From: Longimicrobiales bacterium | GTDB lineage: Bacteria; Gemmatimonadota; Gemmatimonadetes; Longimicrobiales; Gaopeijiaceae | Assembly (NCBI GenBank): GCA_965204735.1 | Contig: OZ242008.1 | Coordinates: 2,368,001-2,432,000 of the forward strand | Direction: 5' to 3' | DNA: 64,000 nucleotides | Part shown: positions 9,336 through 18,812 of the stretch, one piece after another | How the letters are laid out: every line of letters starts with the position of its first letter | Numbering within the stretch: the first letter of the stretch is position 1 | Notes under the pieces: generated by a model | The model's input: the letters and a program-made list of their open reading frames with translations, nothing else | What the model was told of the DNA's origin: nothing | Databases searched by the model: none | Position numbers and translations under genes: made by a program

Positions 9336-12300
9336 CAGCTCACCAGCCGCCGGTCCTCGATAGGCTCCAGACCCTCGCGGATCAGCAGGTCGTTGAGGGC
9401 GCCCAGGTCGCGGCGGATCACGATCTCCATCTGGGAGATCTGCTCGTCCAGCAGCGCCGACAGGTGCTCGAAGACTTGGTAGGACTGGTCGGTGGGCCGG
9501 CTCTCGGAGCTCTCCACGACGCCCAGGAGCGCGGCCAGCTTGTTGTTCAGCTTGATCGGGTAGTTGAGGGGGTCCTGGTTGCTCTGGTTCCGGACCTGGT
9601 AGATCTCGGCCTCGACCACGTTCAGGTTCTCCTCGACGACCTCGGCCTGCTCCTCGATCTCGTCTTCGTCGGTCTCCTCCAGCCGCTCGGCGATCTGGCC
9701 CTCGATGTCGCGGACCTTGATCACCGCCTCGTTGGCCGCCGACACCCGGTCCCGAATCTCGATCGCCAGCTCGAAGCGCTCGCGGAGGTCCGCCACCGTC
9801 ACGCCCTCCAGGTTGGGGTTGACCAGGACCTCGAAGTCGCGGGCCTGGGGCGTGCCGTCGTCCACGGTCATGCGCACGGTGTAGCTGCCGGGAACCGCCG
9901 TCGGTCCCATGGGACGCGCCGCCCACATGATCCGCCCGTTGAAGTCGGTCCACGCCGGGTAGCGCAAGTCCCAGCGGAACGAATGAGCCCCCGCCTTCAC
10001 CGACGGCGTGGCGGCGCCGCCGCCCCCGAAGAAGCGCGCAAAGGGGCTCTCGTCCTCCTCTTCCTCCTCCTCGTCGCTGGCCACGCCCTCGAAGGCGCGG
10101 ACCACCTCGCCGGCGGCGTCCAGCACCTCGATCTCGACCCGCTCCGCGTCCTCCGCCAAGTAGTACTGGAAGCTCGCGCCCCGGTCGATCCCCCGCACCG
10201 GGTCCGTCGGCTCGAAGAGCCACGACTCCGCCGCCGCCACTTCGTCGTTCATCTGCCGCAGCGGCCCGACGTTCTCCAGGACCCAGAACGACCGCCCGTG
10301 AGTGGCGACCACCACGTCGTTCTCCTCCACGACCAGGTCGGACACCTGCACGACCGGCAGGTTCAGCGAGAGGGGCTGCCACCGGCCGCCGTCGTCGAAC
10401 GACACGTACACCGTGCGCTCCGACGCCGCGTAGAGGAGCCCGGGCCGCTTCGGGTCCTCGCGGGTGGCGCGGATGAAGTCGTCCCCCGGCAGCCCGTTCA
10501 CGATCTTCGTCCAGGTGGCGCCGTAGTCCTCCGTCCTCCACACGTAGGGCGACCGGTCGTCGTCCACCAGGTAGCGGATGCCGGAGACGTAAGCCTTGCC
10601 CCGGGCGTTGGGCGACGCTTCGATGGTGTTGATGCGCACGTGATCCGGCGCGTCGGGCGGGGTCACATTGGTCCAGTTCGTCCCGCCGTCGCGGGTCACG
10701 TGGACGAGCCCGTCGTCGGAGCCCGCCCAGATCACTTCCGGGTCGTGGTAGGACGGCGCGACGGCAAAGACGGTCGCGTACGTCTCCACGCCGGTCTGGT
10801 CCTTGGTGATCGGGCCGCCCGAAGGGCCCATCGTCGCCGGGTCCGCGCGGGTCAGGTCGGGGCTGATCTGCTCCCACGACTGCCCCTCCGTCGTCGTCTT
10901 CCAGACCTTCTGCGTGCCCGTGTAGAGCACCTCCGGGTCGTGATGAGAGAAGACGATGGGGAACGTCCACTGGACCCGCTCGATCAGGTCCTCCGACGAC
11001 TGCCCCATGGGGTTCTCGGGCCACACGTTGACGGCCCGGGTCGCGCCCGTGGCCATGTCGAAGCGGGAGAGCGCCCCGCCGTAGCATCCGGCGTAGAAGA
11101 CGTCCAGGTCGATCGGGTTCGGCGCCACGTAGCCGCTCTCGCAGCCGCCGACGGCGTAGTACCACGACCGGTTCCCCGGCCCCCGCGCCGCCATCTGGTT
11201 CCATCCCCGGACCGGGATGCACGCGGTGGAGTTGTCCTGCTGCCCGCCGCAGATGTGGTACGGCGTGTGCTCGGTGGTGATCACGCGGTAGAACTGGGCC
11301 GTCGAGTAGTCCTGGTCCGTCCACGTGCGCCCGCCGTTGAAGGAGACGTTGGCGCCGCCGTCGTTCGCGTTGACCATCCGGTCCGAGTCGTCGGGCGCGA
11401 TCCAGAGGTCGTGGTTGTCGCCGTGGGGGACTTGGATGCCCCGGGGGAAGGTCTCGCCGCCGTCCCGTGAGCGGTACAGTCCCGTGTTCAGCGCGTACAT
11501 CACGTTCTCGTCGTTGGGGTCGGCGTAGACGCGGGTGTAGTAGAAGGCCCGCTGTCGCAGCTTGCGCTCGTCGTTCACCTTCTCCCAAGTGGCCCCGGCG
11601 TCGTCGGAGCGCCAGACGCCTCCGTCGGGCTCGTGCTCGATCAGCGCCCACACCCGGTCGGGGTTCGCAGGCGAGACCGCGACGCCGATCTTGCCCACGG
11701 GGCCGTCCGACAGTCCTACGTTGTCCGTGATCTCGGTCCAGCTCTCGCCGCCGTCGGTGGACTTGAAGAGCCCGCTCCCGTCGCCGCCCGACGACATGCC
11801 CCACGAGCGCCGCCACGCCTCCCACACCGAGGCGTAGAGCACGTCGGGGTTGGTCGCGTCCACGCTGACGTCCACGGCGCCCGCCTTCTCGCTCCGGTAG
11901 AGGACCTTGCGCCAGCTCTCGCCGCCGTCGGTGGTCTTGAAGACGCCCCGCTCGGGGTTGTCGGCCGAGTGCTTGCCGAAGGCGGCGGCCCACGCCACGT
12001 CGCAATCCTCCGGATGAATCCGGATGCGCGCGATGTTCTGGGTCTCGCGCAGGCCGACGTGCTCCCACGTCTCGCCGCCGTCGGTGGACTTGTAGGCCCC
12101 GTCCCCCTGCTGGATGTTCCCCCGCAGCTGGGTCTCGCCGGTGCCCATGTACACGACGTCCGGATCGGCCTCGCACACCTGCACCGCGCCGATCGACGCG
12201 CTGCCGATCTGTCCGTCGGTGACCGGCTCCCAGTTCTGCCCGCCGTCGGTCGTCTTCCAAAGTCCGCCGCCGGTGGTGCCCATGTAGTACTCGAAGGGCC

Positions 12301-12556
12301 GCGCGCCAGAGCCCGCCGCGGCGATGGAGCGGCCGCCCCGGGGCGGTCCCACGTTCCGCCACTCCAGCCCGCCCCAGAGGTCTTCGGAGTAGGCGTGCGC
12401 GGCGTCCTGGGCTTGGGCGAAGGCGGCCTCGTGCCCGGCGGCCCGGAAGGCGCCGGCCGAAGTCGCGACGAACGCCAGGGCGGCCGCGACGGCGAAGGAG
12501 CCTGCGAGGGCACCGCGGACGGAAGCGGCAGTACGGAAGTTCGGAGCGCGTCTCAT
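9335..12556 (-). CDS. Secreted BNR/Asp-box (sortilin/VPS10-like) beta-propeller protein, putative glycosyl hydrolase
   Basis: WRNVGPPRGGRS, many S/TxDGGxT/SW Asp-boxes, ATHGRSFW, WDLRYP; signal peptide after ATG 12556 (start uncertain). Confidence 0.88.
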   Translation of the reverse strand: MRRAPNFRTAASVRGALAGSFAVAAALAFVATSAGAFRAAGHEAAFAQAQDAAHAYSEDLWGGLEWRNVGPPRGGRSIAAAGSGARPFEYYMGTTGGGLWKTTDGGQNWEPVTDGQIGSASIGAVQVCEADPDVVYMGTGETQLRGNIQQGDGAYKSTDGGETWEHVGLRETQNIARIRIHPEDCDVAWAAAFGKHSADNPERGVFKTTDGGESWRKVLYRSEKAGAVDVSVDATNPDVLYASVWEAWRRSWGMSSGGDGSGLFKSTDGGESWTEITDNVGLSDGPVGKIGVAVSPANPDRVWALIEHEPDGGVWRSDDAGATWEKVNDERKLRQRAFYYTRVYADPNDENVMYALNTGLYRSRDGGETFPRGIQVPHGDNHDLWIAPDDSDRMVNANDGGANVSFNGGRTWTDQDYSTAQFYRVITTEHTPYHICGGQQDNSTACIPVRGWNQMAARGPGNRSWYYAVGGCESGYVAPNPIDLDVFYAGCYGGALSRFDMATGATRAVNVWPENPMGQSSEDLIERVQWTFPIVFSHHDPEVLYTGTQKVWKTTTEGQSWEQISPDLTRADPATMGPSGGPITKDQTGVETYATVFAVAPSYHDPEVIWAGSDDGLVHVTRDGGTNWTNVTPPDAPDHVRINTIEASPNARGKAYVSGIRYLVDDDRSPYVWRTEDYGATWTKIVNGLPGDDFIRATREDPKRPGLLYAASERTVYVSFDDGGRWQPLSLNLPVVQVSDLVVEENDVVVATHGRSFWVLENVGPLRQMNDEVAAAESWLFEPTDPVRGIDRGASFQYYLAEDAERVEIEVLDAAGEVVRAFEGVASDEEEEEEDESPFARFFGGGGAATPSVKAGAHSFRWDLRYPAWTDFNGRIMWAARPMGPTAVPGSYTVRMTVDDGTPQARDFEVLVNPNLEGVTVADLRERFELAIEIRDRVSAANEAVIKVRDIEGQIAERLEETDEDEIEEQAEVVEENLNVVEAEIYQVRNQSNQDPLNYPIKLNNKLAALLGVVESSESRPTDQSYQVFEHLSALLDEQISQMEIVIRRDLGALNDLLIREGLEPIEDRRLVS

Positions 12557-12659
12557 GGGCACCAGGAGGAAGCGGATGCGAGCGTGTCGGCCGCCGAAGC
12601 AAGGCGCGGAGCCCGACGAGGGAACCTGCATTATACGGGACAAGGGGCGGGAATGCGAC

Positions 12660-13085
12660 CTAGCAGCCGGCTTGGGGCACGGTCTCGAACCCTGCCTGGG
12701 AGAAGCGTTGATCCGTAGTCAGAGCCTTGCGAATGCGCATCTCCTCCATCACGACGAAGCTGGTGCAGTCCGTGAACGAGAAGCGCTCGTCCTTCCAGGT
12801 GAAGAACCAACGGCGCGCCTTTTCGGCACGGGCAGCGCCGATCCGCATCCACTGAAGCCGACGGCTCGCGTCCACCGTGGCCCACCAACGCTCCGCGGCC
12901 GGCAAGCCCAGCCGTCCCCGAACGAGCGTCAGCGTCTCGGCCACCACGTAGTCGGTCGACACCAGGACGCCGCCGCCGATCATCCAGGAATCGCGAGCGC
13001 TGCAACATGCCGCGTGCATCGGATCGGCGCCGTCCGCCATCGCCATCCAGCCGGCCGTGTCGACGAACAGCCTCTCCCTACGCAT
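12660..13085 (-). CDS. vapC: PIN-domain toxin (VapC family)
   Basis: LFVDTAGW, TDYVVAET, FSFTDCTSF, LTTDQRF acidic tetrad; overlaps antitoxin gene. Confidence 0.9.
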   Translation of the reverse strand: MRRERLFVDTAGWMAMADGADPMHAACCSARDSWMIGGGVLVSTDYVVAETLTLVRGRLGLPAAERWWATVDASRRLQWMRIGAARAEKARRWFFTWKDERFSFTDCTSFVVMEEMRIRKALTTDQRFSQAGFETVPQAGC

Positions 13086-13332
13086 CGGAATCGCCGTAGA
13101 GGACCCGGTCGTGATCGGCGGCCGTCAGCCCGTCCCCAGATCGTCCGACCGCGCCGGCATCGTAGAGCGAATCGGCCTCGGGCGTGCCAGCGCCAAAGCT
13201 TCCGTCCACTGGCACGATCCTGAACGCGGGCCGGCTGCGGTAGAGCACCGTGAACTCCTCGCCCCTGCGCACGCGCTCCACCACCTCTCGCATTCCGTGC
13301 CTGAGCGTCTTGACGTTGATCGTCTGGGACAT
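13078..13332 (-). CDS. Phd/YefM-family antitoxin
   Basis: 84 aa, INVKTLRHGMREVVERVRRGEEFTVLYRSRPAFRIVP; directly upstream of PIN gene. Confidence 0.88.
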   Translation of the reverse strand: MSQTINVKTLRHGMREVVERVRRGEEFTVLYRSRPAFRIVPVDGSFGAGTPEADSLYDAGAVGRSGDGLTAADHDRVLYGDSDA

Positions 13333-13371
13333 TGGTTACTCCGGTGCGTCGACATGGATGCTCTTTCCGCA

Positions 13372-13393
13372 AAGGTAAACTTAAGTTAACCTT
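13372..13393. promoter_or_regulatory. AT-rich near-palindrome, probable TA autoregulatory operator
   Basis: AAGGTAAACTTAAGTTAACCTT, one mismatched pair, ~40 bp upstream of antitoxin start. Confidence 0.65.
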
Positions 13394-13564
13394 GCTTGCC
13401 AGCCCGTGGCAACGCCCGATGGTCCAAGTTGCCCAGGCGCTCTCCCGCGGGCGCCGGCGTCGGCGATCCAAGCCTGGGCAGCCGAGCCGCCCGATCCGGT
13501 CCGCCGACCGCCCACACCGCCGCCTTGGCTGGCGGCGTCTCCGCTCCGCCCCGATACTACGCCC

Positions 13565-14923
13565 ATGACGCTCAAGAGCGCGGTTCAGTCTTTGGTGCGG
13601 CCGATCTACATCCGCGCCCGCTTGGCCGAAGAGCGGTTCCGCTACGGGGTCGCATGGTGGCCGCTGGCGCCCGACTACCTGGCCGATCCCTACCCGGCGT
13701 GCCGCAGGCTCCGGGAGAAGGACCCGTACCACTTCAGCCCGCTGACGGGCCAGCTGGTGATCTCCCGCTACGAGGACGTGGACCGGATCCTCCGCGACCA
13801 CAAGCGGTTCAGCAACGACCTCGCCAAGGGCGGGACGCCGAAGCAGCTGAAGACCCGGAGCAAGCTCCGGAAGAGCATGTTGTCGCTTGACCCGCCGGAC
13901 CACACTCGCCTGCGGGGGCTGGTCAGCCGGGCGTTCACCCCTCGTTCCGTGGCCAAGGCGGAGGCGTTCGTGCGCGCCACGGCGCACTCGCTGCTGGACG
14001 CAGTGGGGGACCAAAGCCGGTTCGACTTGATGTCGGCGTTCGCCGGGCCGCTGCCGACTCTGGTCATCGCGCAGATGATCGGCGTGCCGGCGGACGACCT
14101 GGAGCGCTTCAAGCTCTGGTCGGACCGGTTCGCCCGAGTGCTGGAGCCGATCATCTCGGAGCGAGAGAAGGAGCACGTCCTCCAGACCGAGAAGGAGTTC
14201 GCGGAGTACTTCTCGGGGATCATCGAGGAGCGTCGGAAGGAGCCGCGAGACGACTTGGTGACGCGCTTGGTGCAGGCCGAGGACGAGGGAGACCGCCTGA
14301 CGTCCGACGAGACCAAGGTCATGTTGCGCCTCCTGCTGGTCGCCGGCAACGAGACCACCACCAACCTGATCGGCAACGGGACGCTGGCGCTGCTCCGCCA
14401 CCCGGAACAGATGGCGCTGCTGCGGGAGCGACCGGAGCTGATCCCTGCGGCGGTAGAGGAGCTGCTGCGCTACGACTCCCCCGTGCAGGTCGACGGGCGC
14501 TTCGTCGTCGACGACACGGAGATCGGCGGCAAGCAGGTGCGGGCGTCCAGTCGGCTCGCCCTGCTCATCGGCGGCGCCAACCACGATCCAGAACGGTTCG
14601 ACCGCCCCGACGAGCTGGACGTGACCCGTTCCGACGCCGGCAACATTTCCTTCGGACGCGGCATCCACCACTGCCTGGGCGCCCCCCTGGCCCGGCTGGA
14701 AGCCCGCGTCGCCTTCGAGACGCTCCTGGAGCGGTTCGGCGACCTGCGCTTGGACGGCCGACCTCCCGAGTTCCGGCCCACGATCGTCCTCCGCGGGCTG
14801 AAGCACCTGGAAGTGGGGGCTGCCGTTCGGTCGGGGGCCTCTATGCCTCGGAAGCGGGCACGGGGTTCCGCGAGGCCGTCCGGCGAGGCGGGTTCTCGAT
14901 CCGGGCCAGCACGAAGTCCTTGA
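13565..14923 (+). CDS. Cytochrome P450
   Basis: LDPPDHTRLR, I-helix AGNETT, EELLRY (ExxR), FDRP, heme motif FGRGIHHCLG; ATG 13565 chosen. Confidence 0.95.
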   Translation: MTLKSAVQSLVRPIYIRARLAEERFRYGVAWWPLAPDYLADPYPACRRLREKDPYHFSPLTGQLVISRYEDVDRILRDHKRFSNDLAKGGTPKQLKTRSKLRKSMLSLDPPDHTRLRGLVSRAFTPRSVAKAEAFVRATAHSLLDAVGDQSRFDLMSAFAGPLPTLVIAQMIGVPADDLERFKLWSDRFARVLEPIISEREKEHVLQTEKEFAEYFSGIIEERRKEPRDDLVTRLVQAEDEGDRLTSDETKVMLRLLLVAGNETTTNLIGNGTLALLRHPEQMALLRERPELIPAAVEELLRYDSPVQVDGRFVVDDTEIGGKQVRASSRLALLIGGANHDPERFDRPDELDVTRSDAGNISFGRGIHHCLGAPLARLEARVAFETLLERFGDLRLDGRPPEFRPTIVLRGLKHLEVGAAVRSGASMPRKRARGSARPSGEAGSRSGPARSP

Positions 14924-15341
14924 AGTCGTCGAGCCGCTTGTTCATGTCGTCCAGCCGCCTGTTCATGTCGTCCAGCCGCTTGTTGACGAACGCGAGGATC
15001 CGCTGCTCCGATTCTCTGATGCTCCGATGCATCTCGGCCCGCAGAGCATCGATCTCGGCGCGGAGCTCGGCCTTGATGGACTCGATCTTCTTGTCCGTGG
15101 ACTTGAACTGCTGGGCGATTGTCTCGAACTGCTTGTCGATCGCCGCGAACCGCTTGTCGAGTGCTGCGAACTGCTTGTCGACCGACGCGAACTGCTTGTC
15201 GACCGACGCGAACTGCTTGTCGACCGACGCGAACCGATGCTCGAGGAACTTAAGAGTCCGCCGGTGCTGGTTGCTGAGCCACGCCAGAACCGCGACGAAG
15301 CCAGCAAGCCCGCCCCAGGTGTCGATCCACTCGATTCCCAT
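14841..15341 (-). CDS. Small N-terminally membrane-anchored coiled-coil protein, copy 1 (166 aa)
   Basis: MGIEWIDTWGGLAGFVAVLAWL then heptads VDKQFAS x3, LDKRFAA, IDKQFET and RLDDMN repeats; paralog nearby. Confidence 0.75.
   Translation of the reverse strand: MGIEWIDTWGGLAGFVAVLAWLSNQHRRTLKFLEHRFASVDKQFASVDKQFASVDKQFAALDKRFAAIDKQFETIAQQFKSTDKKIESIKAELRAEIDALRAEMHRSIRESEQRILAFVNKRLDDMNRRLDDMNKRLDDFKDFVLARIENPPRRTASRNPVPASEA
15125..15234. repeat. 21-bp coding tandem repeat (heptads)
   Basis: GCGAACTGCTTGTCGACCGAC exact at 15166, 15187, 15208 plus degenerate flanking units. Confidence 0.9.
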
Positions 15342-15724
15342 CTCCTGCCCCTTTCCGGCGACGCTTGCGTCACCATGCGCGTGAAGGTACTGCGACTCCA
15401 CCGTGCTTGGGAAGCCTAGCAGGAGTATGGGCTCCAGATATGGGCGTTCCCATGTCTGGATGGGACTAAATTTTCCGTCGAAGCTTGATCCGCTCCTGGT
15501 CTGTCGAGCGACAACCAAGGTGAGACGGTAGCGACAACCGAGGGCGGCGGCGAAGGCGGGGTTCAGCAGGGCGACGGGGTACAGGCTGGAGACGGACCCT
15601 CGCCTGCCGTCGGAGAAGTAAAAGCTGCGCGGGAGCAGGCGGTCGGACCCGCTGGGTGGGCGGTTCGAGCGCGTGGCGGCACCGCTGCTCGAGCGGAACC
15701 GGAGCTGCGGGCGGTGGCGGTCTT

Positions 15725-15880
15725 CGACTCCCCCGTGCAGGTCGACGGGCGCTTCGTCGTCGTCGACACGGAGATCGGCGACCTGCGCTTGGACGGCCGA
15801 CCTCCCGAGTTCCGGCCCACGATCGTCCTCCGCGGGCTGAAGCGCCTGGAAGTGGGGGCTGCCGTTCGGCCCCGGGGCCT
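15725..15880 (+). pseudogene. Duplicated 3' fragment of the P450 lacking the heme-Cys motif
   Basis: DSPVQVDGRFVVVDTEIG fused to DLRLDGRPPEFRPTIVLRGLK. Confidence 0.88.
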
Positions 15881-16339
15881 CTATGCCTCGGAAGCGGGCA
15901 CGGGGTTCCGCGAGGCCGTCCGGCGAGGCGGGCTCTCGATCCGGGCCAGCACGAAGTCCTTGAAGTCGTCGAGCCGCTTGTTCATGTCGTCCAGCCGCCT
16001 GTTCATGTCGTCCAGCCGCTTGTTGACGAACGCGAGGTTCCGCTGCTCCGATTCTCTGATGCTCCGATGCATCTCGGCCCGCAGAGCATCGATCTCGGCG
16101 CGGAACTCGGCCTTGATGGACTCGATCTTTTCGTCCGTGGACTTGAACTGCTGGGCGATCGCTGTGAACTGCTTGTCGACCACCACGAACCGCTTGTCAA
16201 CTGCCGCGAATGGCTTGTCGACTGCCGCGAACGGATGCTCGAGGAACTTGAGAATCCGCCGGTTCTGGTTGCCGAGCCACGCCAGAGCCGCGACGAAGCC
16301 GGCAAGCCCGGGCCAGGTGTCGATCCACTCGAGTCCCAT
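15881..16339 (-). CDS. Small membrane-anchored coiled-coil protein, copy 2 (152 aa)
   Basis: Intact paralog of 14841..15341, two heptads shorter, with Pro substitutions. Confidence 0.7.
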   Translation of the reverse strand: MGLEWIDTWPGLAGFVAALAWLGNQNRRILKFLEHPFAAVDKPFAAVDKRFVVVDKQFTAIAQQFKSTDEKIESIKAEFRAEIDALRAEMHRSIRESEQRNLAFVNKRLDDMNRRLDDMNKRLDDFKDFVLARIESPPRRTASRNPVPASEA

Positions 16340-16380
16340 CTCCTGCCCCTTTCCGGCGACGCTTGCGTCACCAGGGCCCG

Positions 16381-16869
16381 TCAGCGACCCAGCCAGCGCA
16401 GGACGAACTTGGCCGCGGCCGAGAGGGGCACGGTGAATCCCGAAGTACCGTCGCCGTCTCCGTCCCCTGCGCCGTCGCCGCCTCCCTGAATGCCAAGCGC
16501 GGCGACGGCCATGAGCGCCGCGCCGCCAGCTACCGCCACGCCGAGCCCCACGCTTCGCCCCATCGAGAACTCCTTGCGCTCCACGCTCGCCAGCTCGGCG
16601 CTGGCGACGCGAAAGGTGTCGAAGCGGACGTACTGCTGGAACGGACTGATGTCGCGGCTGAGGCGGGCCGCCAGCACCAAGGTGTCCCCCGACGCCAAGA
16701 CCGATCCTTCGACCGAAACGGTTTCGGGGGGTGCGTTGGGATCGGCGACGGCGGACTGCACGGGGACCCTAACCCTGGCCACCGTCCCCGGGGCGGGCGT
16801 TTCGACCGGGATGTACCGGTAGCAGCCCGCCAGCAGGAACGCGCCCAAGCCGAAGGCGACAACGCGCAT
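16381..16869 (-). CDS. Hypothetical lipoprotein
   Basis: MRVVAFGLGAFLLAGC lipobox, YRYIPV, C-terminal hydrophobic segment. Confidence 0.75.
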   Translation of the reverse strand: MRVVAFGLGAFLLAGCYRYIPVETPAPGTVARVRVPVQSAVADPNAPPETVSVEGSVLASGDTLVLAARLSRDISPFQQYVRFDTFRVASAELASVERKEFSMGRSVGLGVAVAGGAALMAVAALGIQGGGDGAGDGDGDGTSGFTVPLSAAAKFVLRWLGR

Positions 16870-16907
16870 CGTTCGACGCGCGCCCGCCAGCGCTTCGGGC
16901 GCAGCCG

Positions 16908-17351
16908 TCACAGCTCCACGTCCAGGGCGCGAGTGTACTGATGGTTGAAGGCGTAGACGAAGTGCCACGGCTCGCCTGGGAATATGCCGCCTGATTCGGA
17001 GAGCAAGTTGCGGCGGTCCACGTCGATTCGGACGCTCACCGCCAGCGTGTCTCCCTGCACGGACTCGGCCTGGACGAACCACCTGCGCTCGACGGAGATG
17101 TCGATCAGCGTGTCCACGGGCAACGTGTACAACACCGTGTCTGCCGCGACCACTTGCACTCGGGTGACCCCGGTCTCGGTGGCTCCCGCCACAAACTGCT
17201 TGGAGTAGATCACCCGCACCTGCTTGCCCGCGTCGCCCCGCATCTCGAACGAGATGTTCGACGGCGTGGGGTCGGTGAAGGCTTCGCACCCCAGAAGCCC
17301 GGCGAAGAGGACCAGGGCGGCAAGGGCGAGGCGACGCTTCGTCCGCTTCAT
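16908..17351 (-). CDS. Hypothetical lipoprotein
   Basis: MKRTKRRLALAALVLFAGLLGC lipobox; beta-rich mature region. Confidence 0.75.
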   Translation of the reverse strand: MKRTKRRLALAALVLFAGLLGCEAFTDPTPSNISFEMRGDAGKQVRVIYSKQFVAGATETGVTRVQVVAADTVLYTLPVDTLIDISVERRWFVQAESVQGDTLAVSVRIDVDRRNLLSESGGIFPGEPWHFVYAFNHQYTRALDVEL

Positions 17352-17458
17352 CGCACGAAAGGGAACGGGCACGCCCGCGACAGCGCTCGTCACGGACGCG
17401 CCCGATCCCATTTCAGCTGGCCGGCAGGGCTGAGCCTAGCCTTGCGTCTGCAAGGCGG

Positions 17459-18799
17459 TCAGCCGCCGCAGCCCTGGCCGTTGAGGTGGCAGTTCGCCCG
17501 AATCTCGATGATCGAGATCGGGAGCATCGTGCCCGGCCTTGTCGTTGCCGCAGCAGCGCCTTGCCACTGCGGATCGGACATTCCCCACCGGTACATGTCG
17601 GCGAGGCGGAGGCCCTGAAGCAGCACATTGACCCGGCGAGTGTGCTGGAGCATCTCCATGTTGTCGACCTGGCCGCTGAAGGGCGTCAGATCGTCCAGCG
17701 CGCGGATGTGGTTGACGTGCTCCGTAAACGTCGCGTCGTCCCCGCCAGCCAGCGCGTTTTCGGCCAGGATGAGGTGCATCATCCTCGACGACACCAAGGT
17801 CAGGTCGGGGTAGACCCCCCCCTTGTCCATGTAGTTGCCGCCCTTCCACTGGTTCAGCCACTTGATGACCGCAGGATCGTCGACCGTGTCGATCGGGTCC
17901 TGGAGGGCGATGCCGTTGATGTCGTTTTGGGCGTTGCGAGTCGCGACGGAGACGTCGATCTGGTTCTCCTTGCGGTCGTTGACCCAGCTCGCCATCGAGT
18001 TGGTGCGACTGGCGCTGGAGAAACTCAGGTTGAACGTCCAGTCGGCCTCGTTTCCGCCAACGGCGGCGATCACCGCCGCGGCGTCCGCCCCGGCTTCGGA
18101 GGAGCTGGCCAGTCCGTCGCCCGACGGCGACGGGTTGATCTCGTCCCAGATCGCACGCGACTGACGGGCCCGAGCCCGCAACGCCCTGGCAGCTACCTCC
18201 ATCTCGCTGTTGCCCAACGCGGCGAAGCCCGTCATCGCGTCGCTGAAGCGCGTGATGGCGCCGTCGAGCACCTGATACATGTTGGCGTCGCCGACCGGGG
18301 CGCCGCTCTCGGTCTTGTCCGAGAAGGCGAAGTCCTCTTGGATCTCGCCGATGACCATGTACATGATGCCAGCGTACATGTTGGCCCGGGCCAGATCCGT
18401 CCTGAGCGACTCGGAATCCGAGTTGTTCCCCACGTGCTCCGTCAGGATCTCGATCGCCTCGTCGGCCATCCACCGTCCCTGTCCCATCGCCGGGAAGGGA
18501 CCGTCGATGAACTCGTTGTTCGGATCGTCGACGAAGCCCTGGTCGAGGGAGAGCCAAGCGTCTCGCGAGCCGATCCAGCTCATCTCGTCGGAAGCGACGA
18601 GGTAGGGCTGCCAGGACTGGGAGACCGACGACGAGACCAGCGTCAGCGTCCCGTTCACGACGGCGTTGGCAGCAGCCTCCTGCCTCACGTCGGCTTCCAC
18701 GAGGTCGTTGGGGTTGCTGACGTCCAGGAGGTCGCAGCCTCCGAGCGCGAGCGCCGCCACCCAAGCAGCGGGCGCTCCGATAGTCCGGAATCTCTTCAT
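17459..18799 (-). CDS. SusD/RagB-like outer-membrane nutrient-binding lipoprotein
   Basis: Lipobox LGGC-DLLDVSNPN, LILAENAL, QGLRLADMYRW, LPISIIE; directly downstream of SusC-like gene. Confidence 0.85.
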   Translation of the reverse strand: MKRFRTIGAPAAWVAALALGGCDLLDVSNPNDLVEADVRQEAAANAVVNGTLTLVSSSVSQSWQPYLVASDEMSWIGSRDAWLSLDQGFVDDPNNEFIDGPFPAMGQGRWMADEAIEILTEHVGNNSDSESLRTDLARANMYAGIMYMVIGEIQEDFAFSDKTESGAPVGDANMYQVLDGAITRFSDAMTGFAALGNSEMEVAARALRARARQSRAIWDEINPSPSGDGLASSSEAGADAAAVIAAVGGNEADWTFNLSFSSASRTNSMASWVNDRKENQIDVSVATRNAQNDINGIALQDPIDTVDDPAVIKWLNQWKGGNYMDKGGVYPDLTLVSSRMMHLILAENALAGGDDATFTEHVNHIRALDDLTPFSGQVDNMEMLQHTRRVNVLLQGLRLADMYRWGMSDPQWQGAAAATTRPGTMLPISIIEIRANCHLNGQGCGG

Positions 18800-18812
18800 C
18801 TGTCCGTCCCTC

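Larger units (their letters stand above)
15725..16373. repeat. Direct segmental duplication of 14473..15375 with internal deletions
   Basis: Near-identical sequence by eye; lacks 14529..14741 and two 21-bp units. Confidence 0.93.

Noticed and set aside
14841..16373. Diversity-generating retroelement TR/VR pair
   Set aside because: Differences are not adenine-specific, include repeat indels, and no reverse transcriptase is present in the window
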